Positions 27,801 through 32,000 of a stretch of DNA of 32,000 bases are shown here, one piece after another. A program made the position numbers and the translations under genes. Numbering within the stretch: position 1 is the first letter of the stretch; the number at the start of each line of letters is the position of its first letter. Location of the stretch: assembly GCF_008000775.2 (NCBI RefSeq), contig NZ_CP042905.2:3810001-3842000 (forward strand), written 5' to 3'. The notes beneath the pieces were generated by a model. The model ran no database searches and was not told where the DNA came from. It was given only the letters and a program-made list of their open reading frames with translations. This DNA comes from Promethearchaeum syntrophicum (GTDB taxonomy: Archaea; Asgardarchaeota; Lokiarchaeia; Sigyniarchaeales; Promethearchaeaceae).

Positions 27801-29159
27801 GAAACTGAAAATGGAAAAGCAGTAATTACTACATCCTCTGGTGAAAAATTGGACCCTAATGATCCTCGTGTAAAAATATATCTCCCCCCTTTCTCAACTT
27901 TCCATACCGATTTAGCGGAAAAACTTCTTACAAAATTTGGATTTAATATGGGACATACAGGTGATATAAAATTAGAATATCCCGTAGAAGGATTGAAACA
28001 CTGTTCAGGAAAAGAATGTAATCCCCTACCGGCAGTATTAGGGCATATTATGCATTTAGTAAAAAATCGTGAACCTGGAGAGGTTATAGGGTATTTTATG
28101 TTACGAGGAGGGCAACCGTGTGTTGTTTTTAGTTATTTCCAATTTTTAGAACAGTTTTTAACAAAAAATCGAATAAAGGATGTGTTTATTTTTTGTTTCG
28201 ACAAGTATAATGATTTCATGGGAGTTAATATATTAGAATATCTTCAACAAGGTCCAAAAATTGTAGTTTTAGGAGATATTATGAATGAAATTGAAAGCGC
28301 ACTTGAAGTTGTCGGGAAAGGTAAAAGTTTAGAAAAGTTTCATTCATATTGGAGAAATTTCTTGGAAAGCTTCACTGATATACAAGATATAAATCGTGAA
28401 ATGAACATACTTATCCAGAAAATTAAAAAATTGCCAATAATCGGATCACCCCAAATGTTTCCTAAAGTTTGTTTAACAGGAGATTTCTTTGTTCGGTTTA
28501 GCCCATTTTTCCTTCATGATCTAAAATCAGCTTACACGAAGAATAAGATTATTGTAAAATCATCAGAATTATTTGAACTTTTTACCTATGGTGTACCCTT
28601 TGGTAACATGGTTAGCTATAAAGTCCGAGATCAATATTTACAAAAGATACGGGCAAAATTTCATGGGAAAGATCGGATTTGGAATGATTTTTCTTTTGGA
28701 TTTTATGCAAGCCAAATTGCATATTTTGTGATGAGAATTATTGAAAAAAGAATGCGCAAAAAATTCGAAAAAACCGGTCTTCTTTTCTCTAAACCAACGG
28801 ACATCATGAAAATTGTAAAAAATGCAGAACCTCATATCAATCCAAATATTTTTGGGGAAGCTATCTTGAATATTGGAAAAGGAATTGAAATAATAAATGA
28901 TCGAGAATTTAATGGGCTTATCCTAATCGGACCCCAATATTGTTTACCTTATCGTATATCTCAAGCAATTCTTCAACCTATCTTTATTGAAAATAAATAT
29001 CCGTTTTTAGTATTTGATGCAGAAATTACAGCGATGTCTCCAAATATGAAAAGATTAATTTCTGCTAATATCGAACAGATCAACCGTAGATTTAAGAGAA
29101 TGGTTCCTGTTTTATCTGAAGACACTGTTAAAATGGAAGGAAAAAAGATATTCCTTTAA
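24900..29159 (+). CDS. Large 2-hydroxyacyl-CoA dehydratase activase-type protein: two BcrAD/BadFG (ASKHA) ATPase modules fused to dehydratase-related C-terminal region
   Basis: 1419 aa. First ASKHA module: YIGINIGSVSVNVVISD, CAAGSGEFFIQQIERL. Second module: YILGIDVGSTTTKAILMHPKNN, EIGGQDAKYMLLQNG, NASCSAGTGSFLEESAKCDLDI, FQGGVAKNNAVGYAFAQVTGREIIIPPFPELMGAFGIAL. C-terminal: GIPRALLTHSLFPLFSTFFKEIGYEVVLSD... and GLILIGPQYCLPYRISQAILQPIF. Confidence 0.88.
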   Translation: MQNSSTNQNYIGINIGSVSVNVVISDNFGTFKCEKKAHFGNPQQILKEILEKYENGDQKFFGVSGTFGIVSEITAIERALASLEKKYDLILSLGGEAFILYVLDSNGHIVNILSQDKCAAGSGEFFIQQIERLNLPLNEAIDLAEKGEDIQIASRCSVHCKSDITHKLNKGEASIEDVLCSLVSNMINKGIGLIYQSRVNLTNLLIIGGLSLNKVVLQKLRKALPEAHVDKLEFSHVFEAYGTSLLVQDNPEYKIPKLITNKTFSMLPSLHEYGHLVKIMEKPGVNEKFDPQSSYILGIDVGSTTTKAILMHPKNNAIIASHYGRTNGNPIEATRSCLREIIKQTGDERGKISLVGVTGSGRQVVAAYLGTPAVFNEISAHSIGAAYFDSEVDTIFEIGGQDAKYMLLQNGVPVDYAMNASCSAGTGSFLEESAKCDLDIHVYDISDIALKAPKAVRFKADCAAFINSDIRTALQEGYSKQNIISGLVYSIVNNYLNKVKGTRPIGDKIFFQGGVAKNNAVGYAFAQVTGREIIIPPFPELMGAFGIALIAKSKLEKREISSMSSSTTLKSLIEPSLKHLGNFTCKSCDNFCQIENYAVGNRKFPFGGRCTKYEHLWKGQKSASEKKDYVSFRNDLMFPGNVLIDKKKKINEKNQIGIPRALLTHSLFPLFSTFFKEIGYEVVLSDIEPDAELLPNAPLCYPIQILHGAIANLIKQNIKLIFLPYIYRMKKGEGWFDSTFCPISQSSSYLVAPNFEKVEILKPELEFSEGYEKCQELINLAIEKLYIPHKMSVAAYNKAVRHQNNVETQFIKKGREILKKLSKSNDTGIIVVGRSYNVFPKETSQSIPKKITSMGVTVIPFDFLEKKSVTTYPWFFANYVSEAVELVKKHENLFLLYINSYSCTMDAFVQNYVRTEMKSKPYLLMELDAHMADAGTQTRIEAFLEIIKNYRHSLQNTSSSVYHMAKAETENGKAVITTSSGEKLDPNDPRVKIYLPPFSTFHTDLAEKLLTKFGFNMGHTGDIKLEYPVEGLKHCSGKECNPLPAVLGHIMHLVKNREPGEVIGYFMLRGGQPCVVFSYFQFLEQFLTKNRIKDVFIFCFDKYNDFMGVNILEYLQQGPKIVVLGDIMNEIESALEVVGKGKSLEKFHSYWRNFLESFTDIQDINREMNILIQKIKKLPIIGSPQMFPKVCLTGDFFVRFSPFFLHDLKSAYTKNKIIVKSSELFELFTYGVPFGNMVSYKVRDQYLQKIRAKFHGKDRIWNDFSFGFYASQIAYFVMRIIEKRMRKKFEKTGLLFSKPTDIMKIVKNAEPHINPNIFGEAILNIGKGIEIINDREFNGLILIGPQYCLPYRISQAILQPIFIENKYPFLVFDAEITAMSPNMKRLISANIEQINRRFKRMVPVLSEDTVKMEGKKIFL

Positions 29160-29175
29160 AAAATTGAAAATAAAG

Positions 29176-29955
29176 TTATTTCCCAATTGCCATACCTGTT
29201 GGATCTAGTTCTCTTAATAATTGAACTTCTTCGCGCGTAGGGATCGGAGTTGTGGGAACATCTTCGGGAATAATAATTTCAAAACCACAATTATTTCGGA
29301 TATCTTCTTTAGAGATTCCTGGATGAATCGTCTCCAATTTCATTATTTTGGTCATTTCGTCAAATCCATAGACTCCAAGTTGAGTTATTACTTTAATTGG
29401 TCCACTATTTTCAGGAAGTCCCGCTTTTTCTCGAGCACCTGGTCCATCTAAATACCCAGGACTAGTGATGAAGGTTACATTCTCAACGAAATTTCGTTTA
29501 CTTTGTCGGATAATAATTATAAAATTATGACTCAATGAAGCAACATCATTTCCCCCTCCACTTCCAGGTAATCGCACTTTAGGTTTCGCCCAAGATTCGC
29601 CTATGTATGTTGTATTAAGATTTCCATATTTATCCAATTCAGCACCTCCAAGAAAACCGTAATCAGTCCATCCTGCTTGGGAAAAACTCATATTATCATG
29701 CATTGTACTGATGGAAATTGCGCGATATCCCGTTCTTGAATCACCTACAGATATAGGAAGAGTTCTCATCTGAGGTCCGATGGAACCTGCTTCAAAAATG
29801 AGTAATAAATTAGGTGCATGAGTCCGTTGGGCAAACATAGCAGCAATCATAGGAAGTCCCGTGCCCACAAAAACAGATTTATTATCTTTAAGCGCTTTTC
29901 CCGCAGTTACAGCCATTAAATGGGTTGCAGTGTAATAAGTATCATTTTGAGCCAT
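29176..29955 (-). CDS. CoA-transferase subunit B (glutaconate CoA-transferase-like family)
   Basis: MAQNDTYYTATHLMAVTAGKALKDNKSVFVGTGLPMIAAMFAQRTHAPNLLLIFEAGSIGPQ...GGSGGGNDVASL-type sequence. Likely start at 29955; the ORF track starts at 29976. Confidence 0.85.
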   Translation of the reverse strand: MAQNDTYYTATHLMAVTAGKALKDNKSVFVGTGLPMIAAMFAQRTHAPNLLLIFEAGSIGPQMRTLPISVGDSRTGYRAISISTMHDNMSFSQAGWTDYGFLGGAELDKYGNLNTTYIGESWAKPKVRLPGSGGGNDVASLSHNFIIIIRQSKRNFVENVTFITSPGYLDGPGAREKAGLPENSGPIKVITQLGVYGFDEMTKIMKLETIHPGISKEDIRNNCGFEIIIPEDVPTTPIPTREEVQLLRELDPTGMAIGK

Positions 29956-29956
29956 G

Positions 29957-30988
29957 TTATTTTCCTCCTTTTCCAAGCTTCTTATCTAACCAAGGAGCTT
30001 TCAAATCTGCTCGATAATGTTCTAATTCATACAAATATTTCATTTTTTCTTCTCCCCCATTCAATTTTAAATATTCTTCGAAATTTGAAACTCCAAAAAC
30101 ATATTTATCCAACCATAGTTTCAAACCCTCATCAGTCTTAGACATATCTAACCACTCACTTATCGCAACTTCATCAAAATAATATTGCCCAGGCATATTA
30201 CACGGGTGAGAACCATATTTTACCTCGATGACAGCATCAACAAAAAATCCGGGAATCAACGTTTCCCAAGGTTTTTTTCTGATTTCTTCATTATCAATAA
30301 TTTTTTCTGTGGTTACTACCAATTTTTTGGCTGCACGAGCTAATTCAAAGTCTTCAACTACATATCCATCATATTGACAATTCCCAAATTTATCCGCTCG
30401 TGGAACATGAATAAAAACAATATCAGGATTACATGAAGGAACTAAGCAGATCGGCTTCTTTGTCCAAGGATCTTCTACGACTTTCGCAGATGATTTTCTT
30501 AATGTATCTGATCCAAGCATTGTTCGTGTTGGAACAAAGGGAACTCCCATCATTCCTCCCAAGAAACGCCATTGATGCCCAGCATTACTTATCTCAGAAA
30601 CGACCTTTACTCGTCCAGATTCGACTGCATTTCGTCCACATTTTGAAAGACCCCGCATTTCATGCCCAAAACAATATGCCACCTCGATTTTGCTCAGAAT
30701 TCCACCTCCAATCATAACATCAATGTCATGAACACCAGTTTTACCTAACATCGTAAGGTTTCGTTTTTTTTGCCGAATCATTTCAAAAATTCCAGCCATG
30801 CTCACTCTAATATGCCCAAAACCACCCATGGCAATGACATCTCCATCACTAACATATTTTGAAACAGCATCTGATAAAGACATACGCTTGTCTACTAGTG
30901 CACGAGATCGTTTAGCCATCCAAGCTCGGTTTTCATCGGGATCATGCCAACCTACTAATTCCCCAGTACCTTCTTCTAAGATTTTCAT
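29957..30988 (-). CDS. CoA-transferase subunit A (glutaconate CoA-transferase-like family)
   Basis: 343 aa: MSLSDAVSKYVSDGDVIAMGGFGHIRVSMAGIFEMIRQKKRNLTMLGKTGVHDIDVMIGGG...GRNAVESGRVKVVSEISNAG...FIHVPRADKFGNCQYDG. Immediately upstream of subunit B. Confidence 0.88.
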   Translation of the reverse strand: MKILEEGTGELVGWHDPDENRAWMAKRSRALVDKRMSLSDAVSKYVSDGDVIAMGGFGHIRVSMAGIFEMIRQKKRNLTMLGKTGVHDIDVMIGGGILSKIEVAYCFGHEMRGLSKCGRNAVESGRVKVVSEISNAGHQWRFLGGMMGVPFVPTRTMLGSDTLRKSSAKVVEDPWTKKPICLVPSCNPDIVFIHVPRADKFGNCQYDGYVVEDFELARAAKKLVVTTEKIIDNEEIRKKPWETLIPGFFVDAVIEVKYGSHPCNMPGQYYFDEVAISEWLDMSKTDEGLKLWLDKYVFGVSNFEEYLKLNGGEEKMKYLYELEHYRADLKAPWLDKKLGKGGK

Positions 30989-31101
30989 TGATAATCACAT
31001 TAATAATTCAAGATTTAGTTGAAATCTATTTAATTTTGAATTAAAATGTTTAGAATAATCTCGGATATTGAAGTAAGAATACACTAATAAGGAAAAAAAA
31101 A

Positions 31102-31644
31102 TTACTCTAAGTTTTGAATTTTTTTATTAAGAATTGATACAATAGAATCTGGATCTTTTACTGCAGGGATATACCCTTCAGGTCTTACAATACCAGTGTA
31201 TTGATACGCCATACCTATTGATCTTACTGTTTCAATTCTAATTGTATGGATTTTTAATATTCGATCTCTCACATTTTGAAATACTTCAATATTTTGAATA
31301 TTTTTAAGTGGAATGATTAATCTCTTTCGCGTAAAAGTCCCTGAACGAATAATAAGATTTTCTTCAGAAATTTCATAAACATAATTTTTAACATAACTTT
31401 TGGATAAGAAAATGCTGAAAATTATAGAAATTGAGAAAATGAATAATATTATTCCTATTGCATAAAACCAAATATTTGGAACTGGAATTCCATTTTTCGC
31501 AATGTTATAACTGTTTATTATGATACATACTATTAGAGCAACCAAGTTTATAAAAAATGAAAGAAAAATTGCTTCTAAAACTTGGTATTTTATATAAATT
31601 GGATCAATATGCCCTACAATTGATTTTTCACTATTCGAATCCAT
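31102..31644 (-). CDS. Membrane protein with bacterial-type PH (bPH2/YdbS-like) domain
   Basis: 180 aa. Two transmembrane helices (VLEAIFLSFFINLVALIVCIIIN; WFYAIGIILFIFSISIIFSIFL), then YEISEENLIIRSGTFTRKRLIIPLKNIQNIEVFQNVRDRILKIHTIRIET. Confidence 0.75.
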   Translation of the reverse strand: MDSNSEKSIVGHIDPIYIKYQVLEAIFLSFFINLVALIVCIIINSYNIAKNGIPVPNIWFYAIGIILFIFSISIIFSIFLSKSYVKNYVYEISEENLIIRSGTFTRKRLIIPLKNIQNIEVFQNVRDRILKIHTIRIETVRSIGMAYQYTGIVRPEGYIPAVKDPDSIVSILNKKIQNLE

Positions 31645-31799
31645 TTTTCTTCAAAATCTCCTCAATTTCATATTTCATTTATAATATAATCAAGGTTATT
31701 ACGTAAATATCTGTTTGCTAGTAAAAAAATTTTTCAGTTAATTTTTGATATTCTTTATATTGTACAAATTAATTAATTAATCAAAATTGGAAATATCGA

Positions 31800-32000
31800 A
31801 TGAAGAAAATGAAAGAAATATCTCGAAAAATTATTGCCACTTTCCTTATTGTCGGTACAGTTATGTCAATAATTGTGTTCCATTCTCTCGACAAAAATTT
31901 TTTTAATCCAAAAGAAAAAGGTGCATGGGTATTATGGAATGAAAACCCTGCATCAGAGGCAATTATTTCTTGGGAATCAACTAATTTAGAAGATAGTACT
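31800..32000 (+). CDS. Partial secreted protein, possibly with purple-acid-phosphatase-like N-terminal domain
   Basis: ATG at 31800, open to the window end: MKKMKEISRKIIATFLIVGTVMSIIVFHSLDKNFFNPKEKGAWVLWNENPASEAIISWESTNLEDST. Signal/TM helix, then a WxxxNPxxxxxISWxS stretch resembling PAP N-domains. Confidence 0.5.
   Translation, partial: MKKMKEISRKIIATFLIVGTVMSIIVFHSLDKNFFNPKEKGAWVLWNENPASEAIISWESTNLEDST

Noticed and set aside
24926-31022. Antisense ORFs within the activase-type and CoA-transferase genes (24926..25234, 28638..28835, 29221..29451, 29920..30141, 30433..30717, 30798..31022)
   Set aside because: Overlap strongly identified coding regions and show no domain or signal features.

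Overview
AT-rich archaeal chromosomal window. An Arf-like small GTPase, a eukaryote-like PPP phosphatase, RpoL/Csl4, and surface proteins with archaeal C-terminal anchors suggest an Asgard-like archaeon; this placement is an inference. About 24 protein-coding genes are supportable. From left to right: a tandem pair of GNAT-type proteins (the left copy is cut by the window edge); an Arf-like GTPase; a secreted protein with an Ig-like domain and a caspase/legumain-like (clan CD) domain; a cupin; a 629-aa leucine-rich-repeat + TIR protein; a surface protein with a C-terminal anchor; MsrB; an M1 aminopeptidase; an information-processing block (DUF99, RNase III-like, RpoL with N-terminal extension, a 74-aa unknown, Csl4, divergent METTL5-like methyltransferase); an FMN-reductase-like gene interrupted by one in-frame TAA; another surface-anchored protein; enolase; a PPP phosphatase with an unknown neighbour; an ornithine cyclodeaminase-family protein; and an acyl-CoA block (thiolase, DUF35, acyl-CoA dehydrogenase, MaoC, a 1419-aa 2-hydroxyacyl-CoA dehydratase activase-type protein, CoA-transferase A/B). 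The window ends with a bPH2-like membrane protein and a partial secreted protein. The best leads are the LRR-TIR protein (NLR/TLR-like parts without a visible NTPase), the secreted caspase-like protein, the nonsense-interrupted flavoprotein gene, and the extended RpoL. I saw no CRISPR array, transposase, or convincing tRNA/rRNA by eye. No covariance or database search was run.
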